DNA of 63,952 bases, the filler included, from Albugo candida (Eukaryota), in NCBI GenBank assembly GCA_040437565.1. It is 32 parts of 32 records of this genome, joined end to end, with 100 filler letters (N's around TTAATTAATTAA, not from the genome) between each part and the next. Parts side by side here need not be neighbours in the genome. Positions count along the whole stretch, not along the records: positions 1 to 1,978 come from JBDOQK010000369.1; positions 2,079 to 4,043 come from JBDOQK010000370.1; positions 4,144 to 6,106 come from JBDOQK010000371.1; positions 6,207 to 8,147 come from JBDOQK010000372.1; positions 8,248 to 10,184 come from JBDOQK010000373.1; positions 10,285 to 12,214 come from JBDOQK010000374.1; positions 12,315 to 14,243 come from JBDOQK010000375.1; 25 more parts are not named here. One strand, 5' to 3'. The notes beneath the pieces are model-generated. The model was not told the DNA's origin. It saw only the letters and a list, made by a program, of their open reading frames with translations, and ran no database searches. Positions 1 to 12,491 of this stretch are shown one piece after another. The position numbers and the translations under genes are program-made. The first letter of the stretch is position 1. Each line of letters starts with the position of its first letter.

Positions 1-216
1 GCAGTGACATCACTTCCAAATATAGACAGAGGGCTGATTTCGTAACTTTTTTTTTTCTTTTTTTTTTCAACTGTTATCTTTACTCTTTTACAGCTTTTCA
101 AACACAATGTGTACTGCAAATGTGAATAACAAGAAGCAGCTTATTAATATCAAAGACATATTTTAGATGGGTCCTGTCAGTAATAGATTTATTTTTTTAT
201 TTTTTTATTAAAATTA

Positions 217-1323
217 TTAATAACCATGTTTAATACTCCAGGAAGGTAACTTTGATCTCTTCAAAGTAGGAAGAGCAGGATCTACAGATCTAAACGATCT
301 TGGTTTGCGCAAAATTTGTTGCCTGCATCTTTGAGTGTGCAACAAGTCAAGATTTTCATAGAACTTATTCAACTGTAAATGTAAAAGAAAAATAAGCATC
401 TAATTTTTGAATATTAAATATTTTCTTACTTGTTCAGATCTCCACAAAGGCTTCAAAACAACGAATGAACTACAGTGTTCACCATCCATCACCACATCGT
501 CTTCCTCATCAGACATTAACGACTTGTCCATCACCGCATCACACTCTTCTTTCGTTCCAAAGCCTGTTATAGCTCTAGATTCAAACTCTTTGAATGCTCT
601 GAATCTTCTCTTGAATTTCTAAAAGAAGAAAGACCGAATATTAGTAAGTGTAAACCATACTTGGTTTATTGTAAAACTTACAGTGTGAAGTCTTCTGTAA
701 TATGCTTTGTTGAGCCTTTTTTGTTCTTTGACTTCCTCAGACAGCTTTTTCTCTCTCTCGACTCTTTGTAAATACTCAAAATGGTTTCGAATCACTTGGT
801 GGGCATTTTTTTTAAGTCCGGCTTTATACTTTGTTTGTTGTATAGGATCCACCATGTATTTTTTGAAGTAAGGCGTGTCAAAAGCAAGTTGTTCTACCTT
901 TTCGAAAATTCTCTTGTTATCACCTTTCAACATGGAAATTTTCAAGTCCCACACCTCGCCGCTGGATTCATAGGTTTCTCTTAATACTTTCTAAAAAATA
1001 ATTGTCGAGTGAATATGAAGCTATGCAAAGGACTACAATGTAACACTTACTGCTAAACCTGCATTTCTGTGAGTATTAGTAGGGTCCATGTGTCTACGGA
1101 CTCGTAATTCTCTTAAAATCTCTTGAAGTGTTTCGTCAACAGTTGCAAACTTTGCATCATAGGTTTTAGTGACATCGGCCAGCATTGCTTGTTGTTGGGA
1201 GGTGATATTATTAACGGAAGGGATGAAGCGTTGATTGTTTAATGTTTCTTGGGTGCTGGCAGAAGAAGTAGAGTTGTTATTACTAGGTGTGTTTATAGGA
1301 GTTCCTCTATTGTTGTTAGGCAT
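217..1323 (-). CDS. Four-exon fungal protein with MSDEE...PLWRS motif, probable transposon accessory gene
   Basis: GT-AG introns at about 991-1050, 619-681 and 373-429 join the listed ORFs into one frame (...DAVMDKSLMSDEEDD...VLKPLWRSEQ|LNKFYENLD...LPSWSIK). The transposon association is inferred from family resemblance. Confidence 0.7.
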
Positions 1324-1978
1324 ATTTATGAATTATAATAAAAAATGGATGGACTTGAAGTTTAAAAAGATGTTTGAAGGATTAACAATTGATGTTTGGG
1401 TACTGCGTTTATATAATAATTATATTGTACTGACGTTGGTAAGAATTTAATAATAAAAAAAATTGAAAGGATGTAATAGAAAGGGATTAAGGGGTTAGTG
1501 ATAAAATAATACCGGCTATTATACATACATTACACAGTATAGATCATTGCAATAGATATAAATATTAATGGATCAACTAGAGATAATGATTTTATACCAT
1601 CTACTTGTCGTAAATTCTACTTGTTTTAAAATAAGGGTCATGATATTTCTCCAACAACTATTATTCCAGAAAGAAAAAAAAGGATAATTCTCTTATTTAT
1701 TAGTTAATAAGTGTGGTTTGTGCACTACATGTATATGTACCTGAAATTAAAATTAAATTCCATACGCTAACAAAGCTAAACAGAGAAGCACATACATAAT
1801 GAAATGAAATTACTTGTTGGACCTAAAATTCAAATATATTAAATAATAACTAACTTTTGTAACTGACAATAAATAAAGAAATTAATGGTAAAATCAACTA
1901 AACAGAGTTTCTAGTCATATCTATTAATTATAACTGTTAAAGAACGTACCATTTAAAAAAAATAAAAATGAAAAAAAA

Positions 1979-2078
1979 NNNNNNNNNNNNNNNNNNNNNN
2001 NNNNNNNNNNNNNNNNNNNNNNTTAATTAATTAANNNNNNNNNNNNNNNNNNNNNNNNNNNNNNNNNNNNNNNNNNNN
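1979..2078. other. Artificial contig-joining spacer N44-TTAATTAATTAA-N44 (first of 31 copies; last at 62008-62107)
   Basis: The same 100-bp unit recurs about every 2 kb and carries stops in all six frames. Flanked contigs shrink monotonically (e.g. 1965, 1963, 1941 ... 1845 bp). Confidence 0.98.
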
Positions 2079-3385
2079 TAGAGAACGAAATATGTGATAT
2101 TTGTTGAGTCGTTAAGTCATTACAAAATAAATTGCTGTATTATGTTTGGTGAAAAAAAAATCCGGAACGCGACACAAGATCCTCCTGCTAAGATAGATAG
2201 CATGCATAAATCTTACTCTCTTTTCCAAAGACCTAAATTGGAATTCTTCGCGAGAGCGAATGAGGCATTCTTTCGAAACCGTTCAATAAAAGACATCCTT
2301 TGTGACACGTTAAGGAAAGGCATCCTTTCCGAAACTTAGCAACGTAAAAAAACTTTAGGACATGACAAATTTGTCGCAATACAGGATACATTCTCACAGT
2401 TTTCTCGCGTTGTCATCGTTCAACAACTCAATACAGCGCTCTTCAAAGGTGTTGTCTTCGCGTTCAAAATTATTACCTTTTTTTATAATAACTTATTTGA
2501 CAACAAAGAAATGACTTCAAAGCCCTATGGCACTCCATTTCATCAATCTTCTTTCTTCGAAAATGAGAATCATGTGCCGAAGCGACATTTTTTGCTAATA
2601 AACATTGATATAATGTTAAATTTTTGCTCTTGTCTTTTGTCATGTGTTTTTAAGTAAACCACCAGAATTGTTCCGATAAACCGAAACTTAAAGTGTTTTA
2701 CTAATCACATTATGTATCACTATACTACAAGTAGCGTATCAATAAATCAGAGACCTGTTTCGTAAACTAGATGCTTTTGCAACGTAAAAACTGAAATTGT
2801 TGTGAACCGTAAATTTGAAGTTTTTACTGGTTAAAATCTAGGCTCGTGTGCTACCGACTCATTTATACCGTGGAACAAGTATATTTTGTGAACAGCTTCC
2901 AATTTATTTATCTTAATAAAAACTATCGTTCATCTACTTTAATTTTATTTGTAATATTGAATGTAAAAGGTACATGATAGGTGACTTTCGTGTCTCTTGG
3001 AATTTCCTTTCTATTTAAACATTCACCTAATATAATCCAACCAAATAAAATACTAGCAACAAAAAAATTAATCAACTTGAAGCAGAAAATTTTGTATTTA
3101 GGAAGACTATTGGTAACTGTTAATCAAGAGTAAAGCTTTGTTTTTCGGAAATTTGAGTGAGGCCAAGCAGGCTTAACAGATATCTCCAGTACATCCACGC
3201 TAAAAATCGTTCTCTGGTTATTACTGTTGAATTTTCACTATCGTACACCAAATTAAACTAAACCAAATGCACTCGTATAAAAATCGATGTCAAAAAAAAC
3301 AGTGCAGAGATGGACCACAGTGATAACAAAAACTTAAAAATCTGTTTAGAATCCGCTATTTTTTTTTTCAAGATTAATTCAATGA

Positions 3386-4043
3386 CCGTTTACACTTGAA
3401 AAAAATCCAGTGAGGAGTGAAACCACACAATATCAATAAACATAAAAATAATTCAAACTCAGATTTTTTTTTCATCCTTAAAAATAGTGTATTTCAGTCG
3501 TTGTTTACACTTAAAAAAAATACTTTTGAGAAAACCCCAGTGAGGAGCAAAAACATACGATGGCAATATATATACCTATAATACAAACTCAGATTATTTT
3601 TTGAAAGCCTTAAAAATAGTGTAATTCAGACGACATTTACAATCGTCGTTTACACTTAAAAAAATCGCTTTTCAAGAAAATCCAGTGAGGGGTGAAAACA
3701 AACAATATCAATAAACATAAAAATAATTCAAACTCAGATTTTTTTTTTCATCCTTAAAAATAGTGTATTTCAGTCGTTGTTTACACTTAAAAAAAATACT
3801 TTTGAGAAAACCCCAGTGAGGAGCAAAAACATACGATGGCAATATATATACCTATAATACAAACTCAGATTATTTTTTGAAAGCCTTAAAAATAGTGTAA
3901 TTCAGACGACATTTACAATCGTCGTTTACACTTAAAAAAATCGCTTTTCAAGAAAATCCAGTGAGGGGTGAAAACAAACAATATCAATAAACATAAAAAT
4001 AATTCAAACTCAGATTTTTTTTTTCATCCTTAAAAATAGTGTA
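3386..4043. repeat. Tandem repeat, ~276-bp unit made of two related ~130-150-bp subunits, truncated by contig end
   Basis: CCCCAGTGAGGAGC occurs at 3535 and 3811. Each subunit carries GTTTACACTT, CCAGTGAGG, AAACTCAGATT and CCTTAAAAATAGTGTA. Confidence 0.92.
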
Positions 4044-6206
4044 NNNNNNNNNNNNNNNNNNNNNNNNNNNNNNNNNNNNNNNNNNNNTTAATTAATTAAN
4101 NNNNNNNNNNNNNNNNNNNNNNNNNNNNNNNNNNNNNNNNNNNACGCAACAAGTAGTCACACTTCCTCAACCTTGTAAGAGTATCAGTACAATCATTTCA
4201 CCAACTCTCCATCAATTCCATCACTTAATTACGCGCGTATCAACAACTTGCAATGGGAGGATAGGCACTAAACCGACCAAATACCTCCAAGATATACTAC
4301 TGTCGCGTACATTCCGTCTTGAAGTCAATGCATGCCGCATCCGTTGAACATTTTTGCTAGCAGTATCGATCCAGACGCCACTTGCCTTCTCAATCTCCTA
4401 ACTGAACATTAATCGCAATTCCAAGACCACAAACGAATTCTATTTTTAGAAATAGCAAACAAAAAAATCCTTTTAACCAAATCACATTACACCAACGAAA
4501 AATGACTCGGACACCGAACCGAGATATCTTATGTGCCATCGCGTTTCCAAGGCTGGGCGATAAACATGAGATTGGTGGCCACTTGCATTCTCTCTGAGAT
4601 CCATAGAGCGATGACGGGGTCGAACGTCCCTTCCACGAATAGAAAATTGATCATCACTTTGGGGTACATATCATCCAACAGCGCGAGCATAACCTAAAAA
4701 CTTGTGCTGTGCTTGATAGGTTAAGCACCCCGCAATTACTTCCATTTATCTCTAGTTATTTGCGACCCAACACGCTTTATAATATTCCAAAAAAGTTACA
4801 TCTTCAAGCACATGTCTTTACTCATTTGGAAACGATTTCGTGTTGGCAATCACTACAAGGAATGGCGTAGTGGGAGAAGGACAAAAGGAGCGAGCCTTAT
4901 GGCAGTAAACATCCGGTAGGAGACTACATTTCAATTGATTCTCGAGCTCAAGTAGTGATAACTGTACTTTCTTTTCATCGACGATAGGTTAAATTCGGCC
5001 AGAAGCACCTTCTCATAAGTTCTGCTATGCATACATTTAAATGGCTGCAGGTATATGCTATAATTCGGTTTGCTCTATGGCATACAATAGCGACATGTGG
5101 CATGACGGGTTTGAAGAAATGCTATAGCATGCGCCGCAGAAATATTTTGTAGCATTCACTGAGAGCGAGTCAAAAAGGCTTCACACATCTGAACGCTTTG
5201 ATTATAATGCTACTTATCTCGCCGATATTGAAGCATCTGGATTACCCATGACTGACTAGAAGTTTGAATTGACAAAGAAGTCTTGGAAAGAAGCAAGCGA
5301 CACCGAAGTCGTAGTCAGAACGTGGTAAATAATTGAATAGGTACAATGCTAACATCTCAAGATCAAAAATGGTCATCGTGACGCCTCATATGACACATGC
5401 GAAATCACTGTCAGAGTGAAAATTCATCATCCGAATTCCGTGCATTGCTAAAATATCTTGTTCTAGGCTCCAAGACTTGCGGCAACGACCAAACCTCTAC
5501 TTTAACTAAAACGACATAGAATTTTATTCATTATCCAATAGGATTACAAGGCGGTGCGTTTGTACAGATAATTACCCTAATTTCATAATTACTCTGTGTT
5601 TCAATTGATTATCCACATTGCTTTTTGCTAAACTTTCGTTGGGACGAAAGTCGGGGCATCACAAAGAGAAACCTCACATACAAGCAGAATCTTCTCAGTG
5701 CCAGCAATTATTTCCACCCAAGTCATTGATTAGCGGTAGTTTTGCGAGCTGTTGGAAATGCCACTGTATCTATGTCAGCTATCGTTTCAGATATGCACTT
5801 ATTCTGACGTGATGACCTTTTCGTCTGCGTGATCCTTGACAAAATCTAGTCGAAGTCGATATATAGCCTTGATTTAAGTTTCTTCATTGACTACTCATCC
5901 ACATTTCGGTGACTCATTCACATTAATCCTATTCATTGAAACAGATGTAATGCTCCTAGTACTCTCTGACTGTTTATGGATGTTACAAATAATGCCATAT
6001 AATATACAGTTGCACGCTTTTCTGTTTCTTGAATAAACATTTAATCGTCATTTCATTTTCTAAAAATTCAATGTCTATGATATTCACTCTCGTTGCACGA
6101 TCGGCTNNNNNNNNNNNNNNNNNNNNNNNNNNNNNNNNNNNNNNNNNNNNTTAATTAATTAANNNNNNNNNNNNNNNNNNNNNNNNNNNNNNNNNNNNNN
6201 NNNNNN

Positions 6207-6752
6207 AGATTGGAAGTAATAAAAATAATGATACAAAAGATCTCTCAGATGGGTACTATAAGATGCCAATTGTAATGAAAGATATGTTGGATGATATTGT
6301 TGGAAAATACACTGAATTAAGAAATGATGTCAATATCATTGGCTACAATATTCAAAGTAAATATATATAACAATATAACAAATAGTCACTAAAATTACTT
6401 ACACACTTCTTTAGATAATAACCTTTCTTATATGAATATGGATATACCCGCTGGGTACGTTACTCGAATCAGGCGTTTGAAAAAGTTACCTTACCCCACT
6501 TCCAACGATGATTATATTACTAGAATGCCTGCATTACTCAAAATCGCGTACTATGGTTATAAAACCATGAACCATACATTGTTAAAAATTCGGTCATCCA
6601 AAAGCCAAATTGCTCCTGTCATTCTTCCTGAAGACAACTTCAAACTTCCACCAACTATAAAGTCAAGTCCAATTTCATCATCAAAATCGACAAGCTCAAG
6701 CTTGCAATCAAAATCATCAAGCCCAACAACAGCATCCTCATCCTCATCTTGA
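6207..6752 (+). CDS. 3' part of a Mucorales-type PD-(D/E)XK/REase-like family protein (5' truncated)
   Basis: Open from contig start: DTKDLSDGYYKMPIVMKDMLDDI...IIGYNIQ, then a GT-AG intron at ~6357-6414, then MNMDIPAGYVTRIRR...PYP and a Ser-rich tail. Confidence 0.6.
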
Positions 6753-8045
6753 AAGACTATGTACAGATAGTTTAAATTTTATAGGGTGCGTCATTTTCCA
6801 AAACTCATACAGATTTTTTATTCATTTCAAATAACTTACTAGAACAAAATCATTTACTTCGTTGTATCTCTTTGCTTTTACATACTACGTGTTTATAATG
6901 ATACAACTACCAATCTTTCATGACATACATAATAATCATACCCACACTCATCATAATTTTAATACCAATTTTCAAGTAAGCAACAATCTCAATGTTCAAG
7001 TGAAATCACAGATAGCTAACTTATGTTGAAAATAAAAATAGCCAAAATCAAAGAATGATACAAAATATCTAAGCGATGATTGATACACGGTACTTCATTT
7101 TATACAACAATACTTAAAAAGATCAGTAAAAAAAATACCCATGTATATACAAGAACCAAATAACAAAAACTTATTAATAAAACATTACTCGTTTCCCATT
7201 GTTCTAGCTTAAGATAAATCAATTTTCACTAATTTTGCTCTCTTCATGAAGAAACACAGAATATATGCAATTGGAAAGATATAAGGGGGGCAGAAAAGTT
7301 CAATCACATTATTTTTTCATCAGGGTTTTCATTTTAATTCTTTCTGAACCGAGGCGTATAAGCTTACTAATAAGCTATTGGATATACAATTGAGTGGTAT
7401 TATGCGATAAATATTAGATATGAGATTAAAGCCTTATTTAAACATAATATAGCTGAAAGGTTTGAGATATGCTCGGGTCTTCTAACAATCTTTCCCGACT
7501 CACAATTTGTTGTAAACTAAGCAATAAGACTTTACGACCGACAATCGTGTAAAGAAGAGTGCGCAAAATGGTTGCCCTTTTCAGGAGGTAAACCCTCATA
7601 GACCTATCATTCAAACTCATAATATAATTGTAATATTGAAGTATCAAATATTAAAAGAATATAGCAATTCAGTCAAATAGCAAAACGGGCCCGAACTTTA
7701 TTATGTGATATTTGTGTGCTTTATCATTAAACCAGATCAATTATTACTGTTTCTTGTCAGTTTATTTAGAGACGGGGGCAAAATGATTAATCTTGTAGTT
7801 GCACAGTTGGATATGGCAATAGTCAAACTTTTAATGTTAAAGTGTGGGTATCACTTGCGAGCAAACTAAAATATAAAATTGGGACAGTATAAGGAAAATG
7901 ATCGATTGGAAAAGATCAGTACAAGTAGATTGTCTAGTAACTCAAATAAATGAATTCTGCACCTACAAAATTTACATCATATCTTTTAAATCGAATGAAA
8001 GAGAGAGAGATAGGAGGGAGGGATATAGCACAAATTGCAATGCAG

Positions 8046-8147
8046 CACCCGTGAGAGGAACATCTCACCCATAGAAATCGATGAGGCCATCTGATGCTAC
8101 AAAGCAAGCAATACACACCCATGAGAGGAACATCTCAACCATAGAAA
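8046..8147. repeat. Two copies of a 32-bp direct repeat, 70-bp period, at contig end
   Basis: CACCC(G/A)TGAGAGGAACATCTCA(C/A)CCATAGAAA at 8046 and 8116. Confidence 0.8.
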
Positions 8148-8444
8148 NNNNNNNNNNNNNNNNNNNNNNNNNNNNNNNNNNNNNNNNNNNNTTAATTAAT
8201 TAANNNNNNNNNNNNNNNNNNNNNNNNNNNNNNNNNNNNNNNNNNNNTAGACAATGTAGATTCAGGTTGAAATAATAACATCGGCACGGTATATTGAGGC
8301 AGTACATTTATTCGGGAATCAGAAATATCGTAGTTGTTGGTTTGAGCTCTCACCGTTTATGCGGGGCATCCATTCGATGCCTTCTAAATTGAACATGGAC
8401 CCGCTCTATTTTGCCTCCCTCTTTGAAATCTTTTGCCAACTTTA

Positions 8445-9588
8445 TTAAGGCTGGATCAAACGGTAATCTCTGCTGAATAAGCGCAAATCCACCTTTTCTG
8501 AGACATAATTGAACATCTCATCAACATTCCATGGCATCCCTGTAGCAAAGACGGCTATACAATGATCCAATCTAGCAGAAAGAGTTTGCTTTTTGTCTTT
8601 GCCGCGATTGCCTCGACTTTTCCCGCGAAGTATAGCAGCAAGAGACTTCTTTTTGTCTTTACCGCGGTTTCCTTGACTTTTCCCTTCAAGTATAGCAGCT
8701 TCGAGATCTTTGATTAGTCCAAATACATAGTCAGGAAAAGAATCTCTCACATGAGCTGGGTTGATCCCAAGCTGAAGATGATCCGTTAGGATATCCAGAT
8801 ATAGCTGTGGCGTAGTGCTGATCACGTACGTAACCACGCTTCTCTCAACCAATGCGGCGATAAGCGCCTGCCGTTCTTTGTAGACAATCAGAGAAATCTC
8901 AGATAACGTACGATTATCATCGTTCGAAAAATGCAACTCCGATCATATTGAATATAGACGCTTTCGAGAACGTGAAGGCATTCCATGAAGCGGTCTATGC
9001 TCGATAGTAGATGCCACCAAACGACACTTTTCGTTGCGTTTAGGATTGCTCATGAAATGATATTCTACTTGGTGCCATAGGTGAGCGTAAGTTTTGAATT
9101 CTTGTTTGACTTCGTATGGAGGATTTAAAGGATCTCCGTTACGATAAGTTTTAAAAACGCTTTCGATCTTCGCCAAGAGTATTTCGAAGGTTATAGGCGT
9201 TCCGCTTTCTAACATCCCACCTGTTGTGGGGTAACACTCGAGGGGCCTTCCTGAACCCAAAACCTTCCTGGACTTGTTCGTAGCCGAAAGAGAAGATAAA
9301 ATCTCGAACTTGCTGGTCAAAAACGGGGCTCAACAATCTAGGATTTACGATAGAACTAAACAAATCGAATATTGCACACTTTGTTTGACCAATAGCATCG
9401 TCTTCGCCAATTTCTTTAAGAGATTCTTGAAAAAAGCTTTCGGAACCAGAATCTTCGATCGTTTGGTGAAGCTTATCCCCATTAAAAACTCCGGAAGAAG
9501 TACTCTTGATCTCTTGGTCATACTCTTCTCCATTGCTTCTCGTACAAACGAACAAAACCAAACCAAAGATGAAGTACTTGATAGCCAT
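8445..9588 (-). pseudogene. Disrupted secreted (effector-like) protein gene, probably oomycete
   Basis: ATG at 9588 gives signal-peptide-like MAIKYFIFGLVLFVCTRSNG. There is a frameshift between overlapping ORFs 9151-9660 and 8943-9320 and an in-frame TGA at 8943-8945 before ORF 8445-8936. An internal 60-bp duplication encodes AAILxGKSxGNRGKDKK twice. Confidence 0.55.
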
Positions 9589-11734
9589 TCTACCAGTTTT
9601 TAAATGAATGGGAATACTGTGACTGAACTGAACCCAAATAAATCGCGGAGGGAAGGCCAATCCACTACACGAAGTCGCACATAAATGCCAATGTGGGATA
9701 CCGGTATGACCTGATCAGACAATGTATTACGTTTGTACGTAGAAATCAGGAGAAAGTAGATCCCCACGATACAATATCCCTATCTCGTTACATTCGTATA
9801 AAAAATGAGCATGCTGTTCAATCCCTCGTCAATCTAGCTTTTCGAGGAGATAGATATCCTTGCACTATAAGCTTGAAGTTGACAAAAAACAGTTAATAGT
9901 AACGAGTAGCGCAAGCACGTTATACTCAGACAGCAATCAATTTAAATTCTAAGAGAATTTTATGAAACTGAGATGTAGCATGCATCAAATACAAAGCATA
10001 ATACGTCGAAAGAAAATTGCTCGAATCATCTTACTACGATAACAGTGCCACGCGATCTCTTACGACAATGTCTCATCTGCGATGATGCCATGAATATGAA
10101 ACATGCGAAGAGATCGACGCTAGATAGCGTGACACTTAGCGTTAGGACTGAACTTATTGCAAGTAATGTGATTCAGAACTTTTCNNNNNNNNNNNNNNNN
10201 NNNNNNNNNNNNNNNNNNNNNNNNNNNNTTAATTAATTAANNNNNNNNNNNNNNNNNNNNNNNNNNNNNNNNNNNNNNNNNNNNAAAATCGTAAGGGTAT
10301 CACCCATGGATTTTGAAGAAAAATGCCAAACTTTTTTTTCGTTAAAGAATGATTGAAATAGATAGTTAAACTAATTCCAAGCAATATTCACTTATAAACC
10401 TTGGTTCCAAAAGCTTTTTTTCTCATGGAATAGCATCAAACAAGATGAGTTTTTTAGGCTTGGAGAACACCTTTGATGCCAAATTTTACTATGACAAAGG
10501 TCATGTTTTGTATGTAATAGCTTAATAGGATATGTTCAGCTAAAAATTCGACTATAGTAAAGTATAATTTTTATCAGTACTTTGTTATGCAGTTTTTCAA
10601 CTTTACTATGTACCATGTGTCAAGAGGTTTACCGCTGTAATAGGGCTTATAAGCGGGGATTTGAAGTGGAAAAACGATAGCTCTATGACAAATCTGTTAG
10701 GAACGCATTTTAAAGATATGGTTTCTAAGTGAATATAATGTAAAATTGCACTCTGCATTTTTTTTACCATAGCAAGTGTACATGTTGCCTTATTGGTTTA
10801 AAAAGTTGTTATAAGGATGAGCATCAAAGAAAAGGAGACATGTCTTTTTCATCACTTAATGAGCAAACTTGGATTTAAAAGTTTTTTTATGTTTTACACT
10901 TCTAGATATACTTTCATAACTGGGGCTTTCACCCAAAAGAAAAAAACATGCTGCTTAATTATATAAAACTGAATGTTACAAGGCCTTTTTTATCACAACA
11001 AGTCTCATTTTTTCATATTTTCGCTTCTCATTTAGAATCACAATTAGCGATGTGCGCACGCATCAGACACTGCCATGTGAATCAGCGGCTGCGAATTGAC
11101 ATGATGGCTTCCTTTTTTACATTAATTGAGATTTGACACCAAAACTCCTAAAACTATTTCTTGACGAAAAAAATTGAGGATGGTGGATTTGAAAGGGGTT
11201 CTAAAAAATTTCAAGCTAGCCAAATTCTGCTTGATACAAATTGTTCTTCATGCATAACTTTATGATAGAAATTGAAAAAGTTATGTCGATATCTTTGCTC
11301 AATCATTTTCTATGCAATGTTGAATTCTGCTCCCAGCCAAATTAAGCTGGAGAGAAACTTTGGTGGATATTTTCAATATAAAAAAGGTTGTTTCCAGGAC
11401 GCAATAGCTTAATAGGATGTGTTTAGATAAAAATTCTATTATAAGAAAGTGCAATTTTCAAAATTACTTTCTTATTCAAGATTTTGACTTTGCTATGTAC
11501 AATAATTCATGACTATGTAACAGAGCCATTTTAAGCTGTGCTACCAGCCAAATAGCTATGAGTGGGTAGCTCAAAGGTAGCTCATCTACTACTAAAGCAA
11601 CGTATTTGATTGGACGTATTAGCTTGCTGGTCGTATTTTGTGCGCTGGGAGAATACGACATATCGCTGAGGAATACAGCATTTACTATAGTCTCGATGGA
11701 ATACCTTGGTATAGCTCCTTGAGCGACCCACCCT

Positions 11735-11832
11735 TACAGTGGCTACAGTGCCTATACAGTGGCTACAGTGCCTATACAGTGCCTTACAGTGCCTATACAG
11801 TGGCTACAGTGCCCACAGTGCTTACAGTGCTT
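11735..11832. repeat. Minisatellite of TACAGTG(G/C)C(TA) units (9-12 bp)
   Basis: About nine TACAGTG-like cores in tandem. Confidence 0.9.
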
Positions 11833-12024
11833 AGCTTTTACTGTGAGAAGGTTTTCGCTTATTGCGTTTTACTCGTGACTTTCCTTTATGACTTGATGAG
11901 CTCTCATCACAAATGACCATGGCTTTCACGTAAGAATCCTTTTCATTATAACCACATTGCTTCAAATGAGCTCCTTTACCATGATAATGGCATGGTTACA
12001 CAAGCTAACAAAGCATAGACGCGC

Positions 12025-12190
12025 CCACAGCCATTAGGCTGGCGCTCACAGCTATTTGGCTGGCACTCACAGCCATTTAGCTGGCACTCACAGCCATTTA
12101 GCTGGCACTCACAGCATTCACAGCTATTTGGCTGGCACCCACAGCTATTGGCTGACAACAGTCAGTGCTATTTAGCTGGCGCTCAGTGCT
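12025..12190. repeat. 21-bp minisatellite CACAGC(C/T)ATTT(A/G)GCTGGCACT
   Basis: About seven tandem, slightly diverged copies. They explain the spurious Cys-rich ORF 11976-12158. Confidence 0.9.
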
Positions 12191-12491
12191 GACATCACCA
12201 AAGAAGTGTTTCAANNNNNNNNNNNNNNNNNNNNNNNNNNNNNNNNNNNNNNNNNNNNTTAATTAATTAANNNNNNNNNNNNNNNNNNNNNNNNNNNNNN
12301 NNNNNNNNNNNNNNGATATAGGATTTACTATGAGGTCGATTGTAGATTTGGTCCATACGTAATAAATAGAACTGTGATGGACTCATGCGCCAGCATCCAA
12401 GAACAGTTTGATATAGGATTTACTGCGAAATCAAACTTTTCAAATTGCTCATTTTCGAATTCGCTTTGTCTCGATCAGTCGCACCCAAAGG

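Noticed and set aside
3386-4043. CRISPR array
   Set aside because: The intervening sequences repeat too, so this is a satellite rather than repeat-spacer structure.
4144-6106. Possible decayed LINE remnant
   Set aside because: Only vague Trp-rich fragments; no RT or endonuclease motif could be reconstructed.
8046-8147. CRISPR-like geometry (32-bp hairpin repeat ending GAAA, 38-bp spacer)
   Set aside because: Only two copies at a contig end, eukaryotic context and no cas genes. An ordinary 70-bp tandem repeat fits equally well.
11976-12158. Metallothionein-like Cys-rich ORF (CECQLNG repeats)
   Set aside because: It is a translation of a 21-bp minisatellite with a non-ATG start.
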